From contig DASZPT010000089.1 of the NCBI GenBank assembly GCA_035549935.1, positions 1 through 60,796 on the forward strand: a stretch of DNA of 60,796 nucleotides, written 5' to 3'. Of the stretch, positions 16,249 to 25,306 are shown piece after piece. This DNA is from Gemmatimonadales bacterium (GTDB lineage Bacteria > Gemmatimonadota > Gemmatimonadetes > Gemmatimonadales > GWC2-71-9). The notes under the pieces are model-generated. The model did no database searches. It was given only the letters and a program-made list of their open reading frames with translations, and had not been told where the DNA came from. Numbering within the stretch: the stretch's first letter is position 1; every line of letters begins with the position of its first letter. Both the position numbers and the translations under genes were made by a program.

Positions 16249-18672
16249 ATGCCGATTCGCCTGAACGACCTGAAAGAGGCCGGCCGCGCGCTGCTGCGCG
16301 CGCCCGGCATGAGCGGTTCCGCCATCCTCTGCCTGGTGCTCGGGCTCGGGGTCACCACCGCGATCTTCAGCGCGGTGAACCGGGCGCTGCTCCAGCGGCT
16401 CCCCTTCACGGACCCGGACCGCCTGGTCACGGTCTACCGGACCACACCGCACTTCGACACCGGTCCGCATGCCGCGCCCAACTTCCGTGATCTCGCGGCC
16501 GGCAGCCACCAGCTCCAGGGGATGGCCGCGGCGACGCCGATCTCCGCCCTCCTCACCTTCCCCGATGCGTCGGCCCAGGTGTCGGCCTACCGCGTGACGG
16601 CGAACCTCTTCCAGCTGCTCGGGGTGACGGCAGAGGCGGGGCGACTCCTGGTCCCGGCCGATGACGATCCGGGCGAGGCGCTGTCGGTGGTCCTGTCCGA
16701 CCGGCTCTGGCGGAGCCGCTTCGGCGCCGATCCGGCCGTGGTCGGAAGACCGATCCTGGTGGATGGGGCCGAGCGGCTGGTCGCAGGCGTCGCCCCACCC
16801 GACTTCCGCATCCCCAATGGCGGCCGGATGATCGACGCCGACCTCTGGCTGCCGATGCGCTTCAGCGACGGGGAGATCGCCGAGCGGGGCAGCAACTATC
16901 TCTCCGTCATCGGGCGGCTTGCCCCCGGCGCCACGGTGGCTACCGCGGATGCCGAGCTCAAGCGCCTCTTCGACGGGCTGACGCAGAACTTCCCCTTCCT
17001 CAAGGGCGAGTCGATCCGGGTGCTCTCGATGCAGACCGAGGGGGCCCGCACGGTTCGCGCGCCGCTGCTCCTCCTCTTCGGCGCGGTGGGCTTCGTGCTG
17101 CTCATCGCCTCCACCAACGTGGCGAGCCTGCTGCTCGCCCGCGGGGTACACCGCCGGCGGGAGCTGGCGGTCCGGGTGGCGCTGGGCGCGGACCGCTGGG
17201 CGGTGATGCGGCCGGTGCTGGCGGAGAGCCTGCTCCTCGCCGGGACCGGGATGCTGCTCGGGCTCGGGGTGGCGCTGGCAGGCGTCAGGACGATCGGAAA
17301 GCTGGCGGGGCAGTTCCTCCCGCAGGTGGCCGGCCTCACGATCGACCCGTGGGTGGTGGGATTCTCGGTGGGGCTCACCCTGGTCGTCGCGGTGCTGTGC
17401 GGCGCGGTGCCGGCGTGGCGGAGCAGCGCGGTGGATCCGCAGGAGGCGCTGTCGGGCGGGCGCGGGGGAGGCGCGAGCCGCAGGCAGCACCGCGCGCTCG
17501 AGCTCCTGGTGATCGGCGAGGTGGCGCTCTCCCTGGTGCTTCTGCTCGGCGCGGCGCTCGTGCTCAAGGGCTTCGCGGGGCTGCTCCGCCGGGAGCCGGG
17601 CTTCGACCCGGCGCCGCTGCTCACCCTGGATGTCACCATCTCGCCGGCGGCCTACCCGAAGGGGGACCAGGTGGCGCGCTTCCTCGAGCCGGCGCTCGAG
17701 GGGATCCGCGCGATTCCCGGCGTCACCGCGGCCGGCGCGATCTCGCTCATGCCCTACGACAACTGGGGCTGGAACTTCGGCATCCGGTACGAGGGACAGT
17801 CGTCCGACGGGGCCTCGCAGCGGCCGCTGGTGGAGCGGCGGCTGGTGACCCCCGGGTTTTTCGCGACCACCGGCCAGCGGCTGCTGAGCGGCCGCGCGCT
17901 CGCCGCGGGAGACGACGAGCGCCCCGAGGCGCCCGCCGTCGTGGTGGTGAACCAGGCGCTGGTGGACCGCGACTTCCCCAACCAGGACCCCATCGGCCGC
18001 CGCTTCTACGTGGGTGACGAGAGCTTCGCGACGATCGTGGGAGTCGTGACCAACATCCGGAACTTCGGCCCGGTCGAGGCGCCGAGGCCGGAGGTCTACT
18101 GGAACTACCGGCAGGCGGGGGACGGGAGCAGTGGCTTCCCGATCATCGTGCGGGTGGGTCGTGGTGACCCGAACGCGGTGGCCCGCGCGGTCGAGGCCGC
18201 GATTCGCGCGGTCGATCCCGGCGCGGCGGTGAGCAAGGTGCGGCCGATGACGCAGGTGATCAGCGACAGCGTTGGCCGTCCCCGCTTCTACCTCTCGCTG
18301 CTCGGGCTCTTCGCCGGGGTCGCGCTGGTGCTCTCGATGGCGGGGCTCTACGGAGTGCTGAGCTACTCGGTGGCGCAGCGGACCCGCGAGATCGGGGTCC
18401 GGACCGCGCTCGGCAGCACCCCGGCCCAGACGGTAGGCCTGATGGCCCGGCAGGGACTCGGGCTGGTAGGCGCGGGGCTCGTGGCGGGGCTCCTCGGCGG
18501 GGCGGGGCTCACGCGGCTCCTGGGGAGCCTGCTCTACGGGGTGAGCCCGCTCGACTGGCCCACCTGGGCCGTGGCGACGGCGGCGCTGGCGCTGGCCGGC
18601 GTGCTCGCGGCAATGGTACCGGCCTGGCGGGCCACCCGGGTCGACCCCATCGTGGCGATGCGCACCGAGTAG
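16249..18672 (+). CDS. ADOP-family duplicated FtsX/MacB-type ABC transporter permease
   Basis: 807 aa. Two MacB_PCD-like periplasmic domains and two FtsX 4-TM modules (e.g. ...RTREIGVRTALGSTPAQ...). Confidence 0.9.
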   Translation: MPIRLNDLKEAGRALLRAPGMSGSAILCLVLGLGVTTAIFSAVNRALLQRLPFTDPDRLVTVYRTTPHFDTGPHAAPNFRDLAAGSHQLQGMAAATPISALLTFPDASAQVSAYRVTANLFQLLGVTAEAGRLLVPADDDPGEALSVVLSDRLWRSRFGADPAVVGRPILVDGAERLVAGVAPPDFRIPNGGRMIDADLWLPMRFSDGEIAERGSNYLSVIGRLAPGATVATADAELKRLFDGLTQNFPFLKGESIRVLSMQTEGARTVRAPLLLLFGAVGFVLLIASTNVASLLLARGVHRRRELAVRVALGADRWAVMRPVLAESLLLAGTGMLLGLGVALAGVRTIGKLAGQFLPQVAGLTIDPWVVGFSVGLTLVVAVLCGAVPAWRSSAVDPQEALSGGRGGGASRRQHRALELLVIGEVALSLVLLLGAALVLKGFAGLLRREPGFDPAPLLTLDVTISPAAYPKGDQVARFLEPALEGIRAIPGVTAAGAISLMPYDNWGWNFGIRYEGQSSDGASQRPLVERRLVTPGFFATTGQRLLSGRALAAGDDERPEAPAVVVVNQALVDRDFPNQDPIGRRFYVGDESFATIVGVVTNIRNFGPVEAPRPEVYWNYRQAGDGSSGFPIIVRVGRGDPNAVARAVEAAIRAVDPGAAVSKVRPMTQVISDSVGRPRFYLSLLGLFAGVALVLSMAGLYGVLSYSVAQRTREIGVRTALGSTPAQTVGLMARQGLGLVGAGLVAGLLGGAGLTRLLGSLLYGVSPLDWPTWAVATAALALAGVLAAMVPAWRATRVDPIVAMRTE

Positions 18673-18678
18673 GGCGGC

Positions 18679-19722
18679 TCAGCCGCGCAGCGCGCCGAGC
18701 AGGTCCCCGACGAACGTCCCGGGATCGAAGGGCAGGGCCACGACGTGGTCCGCGCCGGCGGCGCGGGCCCGGCTTCCGTCACCCGGCACCAGGGCCACCA
18801 GGGTGTAGCGCCGGCCCGGCGCGGGGCGGAAGCCGCCGAGGGGATCGGTGCCCTGCGCGGCGCTGCCCGCGACCAGCACCAACTGCACGCCCAGTCCCGC
18901 GGCCCGGGCGTGCAGTTCCTCGACGCTCGCCATCCGCTCCACCTGGAACCCGGCGTGGGTCAGCAGCATCCCCACCACGCGGGCGATATCGTCATCCGGA
19001 AACCAGAGCAGGGCGTCGCCCAGCTGCACCGACAGCGGCTGGCTCCGGCGGGAGAGGTCGATCATCGGCACGCCCTCGAGATACTCGGTGGTGCGGGTGT
19101 CCTCGAGGGTCGTGAGCCGGGTGAGGATGTCCCGGATGCGGCCCAGCGCCTCGCGGATCCCGTTCACCGAGGCGCGCTGGTCGTCGCTGAGCCGGCTGCC
19201 GAGGAGGAGCTCCACCTCCGCGAAGGCGGCCATCAGCGGGTTGTTGATCGTGTGGTGCAGCGTGACATTGAGCTGGCCGATGGCCGCGAGGCGCTCGGCG
19301 TGCACCAGGTCGCGTTCCGCCGCGGCGAGGGCCTCCCCCAGCGCCCGGTGGCGGCGCACCCGCTCGATGACCTCGGGGAGGAGACTCGGGAGCGAGCCGT
19401 CCTTGATCACGTAGTCGTCGGCGCCGGCGCGGAGGGCGCGCACCGCGAGGGCCTCGTCGCCGTGGGCGGTGACCAGGATGACCGACGGCTGGGCGGCGGT
19501 GGCATGGAGCGCGGGGAGGAGGTCGAGGCCGGTGGTGTCGGGAAGCTGGTGATCGAGCAGCACGATGTCGAACCCGGCGGCGCGCTCGAGCGCGGCGGCG
19601 CCGGTCCCGACCAGGGTGGTCTCGACGATGCCGGCGTCGCGGAGGACCGAGATGACGAGGCGGCCGAAGTCCCGGTCGTCGTCGACGATCAGGACGCGGA
19701 CCTTCAGCGGTTCATGCGGCAC
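18679..19722 (-). CDS. Receiver - DHp (HisKA-like H-box) - C-terminal pseudo-receiver protein lacking an ATPase domain
   Basis: GTG start at 19722. REC domain: KVRVLIVDDD...IVLLDHQLPDTTG...VTAHGD...DYVIK. H-box: ERLAAIGQLNVTLHHTINNPL. No N/G1/G2 boxes. The C-terminal 120 aa is receiver-like, but LVLVAGSA replaces the phospho-Asp context. Confidence 0.8.
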   Translation of the reverse strand: MPHEPLKVRVLIVDDDRDFGRLVISVLRDAGIVETTLVGTGAAALERAAGFDIVLLDHQLPDTTGLDLLPALHATAAQPSVILVTAHGDEALAVRALRAGADDYVIKDGSLPSLLPEVIERVRRHRALGEALAAAERDLVHAERLAAIGQLNVTLHHTINNPLMAAFAEVELLLGSRLSDDQRASVNGIREALGRIRDILTRLTTLEDTRTTEYLEGVPMIDLSRRSQPLSVQLGDALLWFPDDDIARVVGMLLTHAGFQVERMASVEELHARAAGLGVQLVLVAGSAAQGTDPLGGFRPAPGRRYTLVALVPGDGSRARAAGADHVVALPFDPGTFVGDLLGALRG

Positions 19723-21277
19723 GGACTGGCTCCGGGTGTTGCTGGAATCCCTGGCGCGCAAATTTCTCCCATCCCTGCTTGCCGCGCCACGCGTCGTACA
19801 GACCGCGCAGGCGCCAGTAGAGGGTGAGCCAGCGCCAGAAGACATTCTCCAGCACCGCATACCAGAGGAGGATCAGGACGTCGCGGCTCCGGTCGAACGG
19901 GAGCAGGCCCCGCTGCAGCCGGTCGGTGAGACCGAACTCGAACCGCCAGGCGCCCACCAGCACGGCGAAGATGTTGACCAGGATCCCCCAGCCCACCGAG
20001 GCGAGCAGGAACGCGCCGAGATAGGTCCAGTCGATCACCGGGAGGTGGAACACGGCGCCGAGCAGGAGGAAGGCGAGGACGAAACAATACCCCGCCGCCT
20101 CGATCATCGGCCCGTAGTACTCGAAGAGCCAGAAGGTCGGGAGCGCGAACATCCCGATCCGCCCGTAGCGCGGATTGAACAGCATCGTCCGGTGGTAGAA
20201 GAGCGATTCGCGCAACCCGCGATACCACCGCCCCCGCTGCTTGCGGAGGGAGTCGAGCCGCTCGGGCACCTCGGTCCAGGCCACCGGGTGCGGCAGGAAA
20301 GCGATCCGCCGGTCGCGCATCTTGTCCCGTACGAAGCGGTGCAGCCGGACGACGATCTCCATGTCCTCGCAGACCGTGGCCGCCCGCCCGCCGATGTACT
20401 CCTCCACCAGCCGGTGCTGGACCAGGGGGGTGAGGTACCCGCCCGCGCGGATCAGGGTCTCCTTCTCGAACACGGCGAAGACCCCGGAGAGAATCAGGAT
20501 CGAGTCGAGCCGGTCGAGACCGGTGCGCCCGGTGGTGAAGCTCCGGAGATACTCCACCATCTGGAAGCGCGCCCAGGGGTGGCTGGGGAGGCGCACGCTC
20601 ACCACCTTCCCGTCCCGGATGGTGCAGCCGTTCGCGATGGCCACCTGGCCGCCCACCGCCACGATGCGGGGATCCTCCTGGATCATCCGCATGAGCTCCT
20701 TGAGGGCCCGCTGATCCAGGATGCTGTCGGCGTCGAGGCTCACCACGTAGGGCGCGGTGGAGGCGTTGATCCCGGCGTTGAGCGCATCGGCCTTCCCGCC
20801 GTTGTCCTTGTCGATCACCGTGAGACGGGACACCGTCGGCGGGAGACGGACGGTGGCCTCGTAGGTGGCGCGGACCCGCTCGGTCCCGATGGCGTCGCGG
20901 TAGGGCAGGTCGGTGCGGCGGAGCCGGAAGGCCTGCTTCAGGACCTCGAGGGTGCGGTCGGCGGAGCCGTCGTTCACCACCACGACCTCGAAGCGCGGGT
21001 AATCGCACTGGATGAGGTTGGTGATGCTGTCGACGATCGTGACCTCCTCGTTGTACGCCGGCACCACCATCGTGAGCGGCTTGGTATAGTCGCCCCCGTC
21101 GATGAGGTCGAGGTCCTCGACGAAATGGGCCGCCACCCGCCGGCGCACCTGCCGGGCCGAGAGCAGGATCAGCACCAGCATGTAGCCGTTGTAGCAGAGG
21201 AAGTAGGCCAGGAAGACCGGCTGGAGGATCAGGCCGATCGTCGAGACGAGGAGCGCCAGGGTCTGGCCGAAGCTCAT
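19712..21277 (-). CDS. Processive family-2 glycosyltransferase (membrane-embedded polysaccharide synthase, PgaC/NodC/BcsA class)
   Basis: Motifs VVVNDGSAD, LDADSIL, CEDMEIVVRL and RKQRGRWYRGL (Q-R-x-RW). 2 N-terminal and about 3-4 C-terminal TM helices. ATGA overlap with the upstream gene. Confidence 0.9.
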   Translation of the reverse strand: MSFGQTLALLVSTIGLILQPVFLAYFLCYNGYMLVLILLSARQVRRRVAAHFVEDLDLIDGGDYTKPLTMVVPAYNEEVTIVDSITNLIQCDYPRFEVVVVNDGSADRTLEVLKQAFRLRRTDLPYRDAIGTERVRATYEATVRLPPTVSRLTVIDKDNGGKADALNAGINASTAPYVVSLDADSILDQRALKELMRMIQEDPRIVAVGGQVAIANGCTIRDGKVVSVRLPSHPWARFQMVEYLRSFTTGRTGLDRLDSILILSGVFAVFEKETLIRAGGYLTPLVQHRLVEEYIGGRAATVCEDMEIVVRLHRFVRDKMRDRRIAFLPHPVAWTEVPERLDSLRKQRGRWYRGLRESLFYHRTMLFNPRYGRIGMFALPTFWLFEYYGPMIEAAGYCFVLAFLLLGAVFHLPVIDWTYLGAFLLASVGWGILVNIFAVLVGAWRFEFGLTDRLQRGLLPFDRSRDVLILLWYAVLENVFWRWLTLYWRLRGLYDAWRGKQGWEKFARQGFQQHPEPVRAA

Positions 21278-24200
21278 GAGGCGTGCCGGGGCTCGGCCGC
21301 GTCGCGCCAGCCGGCCAGCATGCGGCCCACCCGGTCCCGCACGCTCCAGACCGGGTCGCTCCGCATCACGGTCCACGCCGCCTCGTCTCCCACGATCGCG
21401 AGGGCCAGCGCGGCGGCCAGGCGCGACTCGGCCTCCCGGGCGGTGCGGGCCTGATCGCGGAGGGTCTCGACGGTGGTTGCGAGCCGGACCGCGGTCGCCG
21501 CCGCGGGGCGGGAGACGGTGAACGCATCCGGCATGCTCGTCCACTCGCCCCGGAGGATGCGGGTCACGAGCAGCGCGGCCCGGACCATCTCGTCGGGATC
21601 GAGGAAGAACGGCTCGAGGGCAAAGGCATCGGGCGCGTCGAGCCAGGCCCGGGCGATCTCCTGCCGCACCCCGGGATCGGGATCCCCCAGCATCGGGACG
21701 AGGTGGTCGAAGCTCCGCGCCGCGCGCCAGGCGCGGACCGTCGCGCGCCGCACCGCCACGTCGGGATCGGTGCCCAGGACGCCGAGCGCCTCCGGATCGA
21801 GCAGGTCGGGACGGGTGGCCCAGAGCGCCGCCACCGCTTCACGTACCGGCGCCGCGGTGCTCTGCGCCACGACCCCGAGGACCCGCCGCAGACCGGGGTG
21901 GTGCATGTACCGGGCGACCCTGGTGAGGAGGATCGCCTCCTGGCCGCTCAGGTCGAGCCCGAGCGCCAGGTCGAGGAAGGCGGGAAACGCCGCCTCCGCC
22001 TGCTGGGCCACCATCTGCAGCACCAGCGGGTCGTCTTCGGCCTTGAGAAGTCGCATCAGGCCCGGGAGCCCCTTCTCCGGGGCGATCCGGCTGAACAGGC
22101 CCACCGCGGCATGACGCACCGCCTTGTGGGGATCGGCCAGGGCGCGGCTTGCGGTCAGGTGCAGCTCGCTGGCGTCGAGCATCCCGCCCACCGCGGTGAG
22201 CGCGGCCGCGCGGACCTCGGGGCTGGGATCGCTCCGCACCACCGAGAGCAGGGCGCTCCGGCTCCGCTCCCCCTGGAAGGCGCGGAGCCCCGCCACCAGC
22301 CGGACCCGCTGTTCGGGCGACAGCACCCCGCGCATCCCTTCCGCCAGCGTCTGCTCCATCTGCTCCCGGGAACTGCTGCCGAGCGCTCGGAGCTCGATGT
22401 GGCGCGCCTCGCGGAGCCGGAGGCCGAGGAGCCGGTACTCCGAGTCGTTCTTGAGTCGCTCGCGGAGGACATCGCGCACCTCCGCCTCGTCCGCCATCTC
22501 CACCACCCGCGCCACGATGCTTTCCTGGTCGTAGGCGCCGAGGGCCAGCGTCGCGGCCGCGCGCACCGGGAGCTCCTCCTCGGGCCCGGCGGTGAGGCGA
22601 AGGAGCGCGACCTCCCCGCCCGCGGGCCGGAAGATGCCGCAGGCCAGGGCGGCGCGTTCCCGCACCTCGGCCGAGGGGTCGCTGCCGAGGAGCGCCAGGA
22701 TCCGCGGCGCGGCGCCCCGCTGGGCGAGCCGGACCAGGCCGTCTACCGCCCTGGCGCGCACCTGCGGGTCGGTGTCCCCCAGACCATCGGTGAGCAGCAG
22801 GGCCGCGCGCTCGTGCTGCAGATCGCCGAGGGCGGTCGCCGCCGCGGCCCGCACCTCCGGTGCCCGGTCGCGGAACAGCCCCTCGAGGAGCCGGAGCGGT
22901 TCGGCGGGGCGGAGGCCGCTCAGGGTCTTCACCACCGAGACGCGGCTCTCGACGTCGTCCCGCTCGAGGAGCCGGTCCACGATCCGGCTCAGGGCCGCGG
23001 GATCGAGCCGCGCGATGCTCTGGGTGATCGTGTCGCCCAGGTGCCGGTCCGCGTCGGCGAACGCCCGGAGCAGCGGCTCCACCGCCGACGCATCTCCCAC
23101 CGCGCCCAACGCCCGGGCCGCCGCGATGCGGACGCTCTCGTCGGTGTCGACGAGGAGCTCGACCAGGATCGGCGTGGCGCCGCGCCAGCCCGCTTCCTCG
23201 ACGCCGTCGGCCGCGGCGGCCCGGACCCGGGCGTCGGGATCGCGCAGGAGGAGCGCGTATTCCGCTTCGGCCCCGGTCGCGCGGACCAGGCCGAGGGCCC
23301 GGGCCGCGGCCGCGCGGACCAGCGGCTCCTGATCGGTGGTGCGCGGGCGGATGACGCCGGCCAGATCGCGCCCGCCGAGATTGCCGATCAGGTTCGTGGC
23401 GGCGGCCCGTACCCGCTCATCGGTGTCGCCCAGCGCCTCGAGGGCCACCGGCACCGCGTCCCTGGCGCCGATCGCGTGCAGCGCGTCGAGCGCCGTCGCC
23501 CGGATCCCCGGGTCGGTGTCCTTCTCGGCCCGCTCGATGAGCTCGGTGGCGAGGTCCTTCCGGTCGGCGTTCTGGATCGCGGCGACCACCGCCGCGCGGA
23601 CCGGGGCCGAGGGATGGTGCAGCAGTTCCGCGAGGAGCTCCCGGGCGCCGGCCACTCCGAACTTGGTGAGGAGTGCGTGGGTATCGAGCGTGGCCTCGCC
23701 CGCCTCGATGATGCGGACGATGCGGCTCGGGATGCCGAGGCGCTCGAGCGCCACGGCGGCGCGAATACGGATCTCGGGATCGGGGTCGTCGAGCGCCACG
23801 ATGAGCGGCGTCTCGGCGGTGGGGCCGATCTGTTCCAGCGCCTCGACGCTCCGCATGCGGACCCACCACGCCGGGTCGCCGAGGGCCCGGACCAGGCGGT
23901 CGATCACCTCGTTGCCGGGGAACTGGCCCAGGGCGCCGGCGATGCGGGCGCGGACGAAGGGGGCGGGGTCGGCGAGCAGGTGATCCAGCAGGTAGCTCAC
24001 CGCCCGCCGGTCGCCCAGCTTGCCGAGCGCGCCGGCGGCCTTGGCGCGGACCTCGTCGTCGACGTCCTTGAGGGCCGCGAGGAGAGCGGGGAAGGCGCGG
24101 GGAACCCGGAGCTCGCCCAGGATGTTGGCGGCCCAGGCCCGCGAGGGATGCCGGGTCGGCTCCGCCAGGAACGAGAGCATCGGGTCGACCACCGGCTCGC

Positions 24201-24789
24201 CGTGGCGCACCAGGATGTCGGCGATCCGGGGCGCGAGCCACACCTCTGCCTGTTTCAGCGCCCCGACGAGCGCGCCCACCGCCCGCGGGTCGGCGATCCG
24301 GGCCAGAGCGCGGAGCGCGATCTCCCGGACGTCGGCGTCCTCGGCCCGGGTGGCCTGCGCCGTTTCGAGCAGCACCGGGACCGCTTTCGCGTTCCCCACC
24401 CGGCCGAGCAGTTCGGCGGCGAAGGCGCGTTCGCGCCAGGTCCGCGCGCTCTGGAGGCGGTCGGCGTACTTCTCCACCAGGCCCAGGCGGTCGTAGGTAT
24501 CGAGCAGCCAGCCGGGCCGCTCGGTCACCTCCCGCGCCTGCTCCTCGAGAAGGGCCTCGATCGCCTCGAAGTCGCGAAGGGTGCGGAGCTGGTGGAGCTC
24601 GGGCTCGAGGAGGGCCCGCTCGCGCTGCGCCAGGCCCGCCACGAGGTCACGATAGATCCCCTTCCGCCGGGCGAGCGACTGCTCCACCCGGCCGAGCCAG
24701 GCGTTGTAGGCGAACCAGGCCATCACCGCCAGGAGCCCCAGGGCGATGACCACCGCGGAGAAGACCAGGATGAAGCGGAGCAGCGTCAC
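21274..24789 (-). CDS. Giant (1171 aa) membrane-anchored HEAT/PBS-lyase-like repeat protein
   Basis: One N-terminal TM (MTLLRFILVFSAVVIALGLLAVMAWFAY), then more than 25 recurring ~31-aa units of the type D.D..VR..AA.ALG.(L/I)G along the whole length. Confidence 0.85.
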   Translation of the reverse strand: MTLLRFILVFSAVVIALGLLAVMAWFAYNAWLGRVEQSLARRKGIYRDLVAGLAQRERALLEPELHQLRTLRDFEAIEALLEEQAREVTERPGWLLDTYDRLGLVEKYADRLQSARTWRERAFAAELLGRVGNAKAVPVLLETAQATRAEDADVREIALRALARIADPRAVGALVGALKQAEVWLAPRIADILVRHGEPVVDPMLSFLAEPTRHPSRAWAANILGELRVPRAFPALLAALKDVDDEVRAKAAGALGKLGDRRAVSYLLDHLLADPAPFVRARIAGALGQFPGNEVIDRLVRALGDPAWWVRMRSVEALEQIGPTAETPLIVALDDPDPEIRIRAAVALERLGIPSRIVRIIEAGEATLDTHALLTKFGVAGARELLAELLHHPSAPVRAAVVAAIQNADRKDLATELIERAEKDTDPGIRATALDALHAIGARDAVPVALEALGDTDERVRAAATNLIGNLGGRDLAGVIRPRTTDQEPLVRAAAARALGLVRATGAEAEYALLLRDPDARVRAAAADGVEEAGWRGATPILVELLVDTDESVRIAAARALGAVGDASAVEPLLRAFADADRHLGDTITQSIARLDPAALSRIVDRLLERDDVESRVSVVKTLSGLRPAEPLRLLEGLFRDRAPEVRAAAATALGDLQHERAALLLTDGLGDTDPQVRARAVDGLVRLAQRGAAPRILALLGSDPSAEVRERAALACGIFRPAGGEVALLRLTAGPEEELPVRAAATLALGAYDQESIVARVVEMADEAEVRDVLRERLKNDSEYRLLGLRLREARHIELRALGSSSREQMEQTLAEGMRGVLSPEQRVRLVAGLRAFQGERSRSALLSVVRSDPSPEVRAAALTAVGGMLDASELHLTASRALADPHKAVRHAAVGLFSRIAPEKGLPGLMRLLKAEDDPLVLQMVAQQAEAAFPAFLDLALGLDLSGQEAILLTRVARYMHHPGLRRVLGVVAQSTAAPVREAVAALWATRPDLLDPEALGVLGTDPDVAVRRATVRAWRAARSFDHLVPMLGDPDPGVRQEIARAWLDAPDAFALEPFFLDPDEMVRAALLVTRILRGEWTSMPDAFTVSRPAAATAVRLATTVETLRDQARTAREAESRLAAALALAIVGDEAAWTVMRSDPVWSVRDRVGRMLAGWRDAAEPRHAS

Positions 24790-25157
24790 CGTGTCCCCGT
24801 CAGGCGCTCCAGCATCTGCACCAGCCGGCTGATATCGACCGGCTTGGCCAGGAAGGCGTCGGCGCCGACCTCAGTGGCCCAGTACTGGTCGGCGGGCTGG
24901 TCCTTCGAGGTGCACATCACCACCGGGATCCCGGCCAGCGACGGGTCGCTCTTGAGCTGGCGGCAAGTCTGGAAGCCGTTGAGCCGGGGCATCATCACAT
25001 CCAGCACCACGGCGTCGGGCTTGTGGGCGCGCGCGGCCTCGAGACCCGACTCCCCGTCGGGGGCGGTCGCGACCCGCCACCCGGTGCTGCCGAGCATCCG
25101 CTCGAGCAGCCGGCGCTGATCGGGATCGTCTTCGATCACCAGGACGAGTTTGCCCAT
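24786..25157 (-). CDS. Single-domain CheY-like response regulator
   Basis: LVLVIEDD...AVVLDVMMPRLNG...MCTS...AFLAKP has all receiver signature positions. GTGA overlap with the HEAT gene. Confidence 0.9.
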   Translation of the reverse strand: MGKLVLVIEDDPDQRRLLERMLGSTGWRVATAPDGESGLEAARAHKPDAVVLDVMMPRLNGFQTCRQLKSDPSLAGIPVVMCTSKDQPADQYWATEVGADAFLAKPVDISRLVQMLERLTGTR

Positions 25158-25306
25158 GTTCGGATATCGGTCCGGATGGCCCGCGGCTTGAGACGGCCGC
25201 GGGCGGGGGTAGCCGAGTGGGCCAGGCGGCGAGTGGAGGCTCGTCTACTGGCCCACGGCACATGCAGGGTCCGTGATGCGGGACCGGCGGAAACGCCGGT
25301 CCTGCC

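Noticed and set aside
21283-25119. A 1278-codon ORF on the plus strand, antisense to the HEAT-repeat and CheY genes. Similar long antisense ORFs occur elsewhere: 12289-15339(-), 5290-7260(-), 28576-30375(-), 49492-51237(-), 53364-55082(-), 55648-57771(-), 40222-41931(-) and 39027-40682(-).
   Set aside because: Their translations are dominated by Arg/Gly/Pro/Ala/His runs with no recognisable motifs. The opposite-strand or other-frame products have clear family signatures. Long shadow ORFs like these are expected in very GC-rich DNA, where stop codons are rare.
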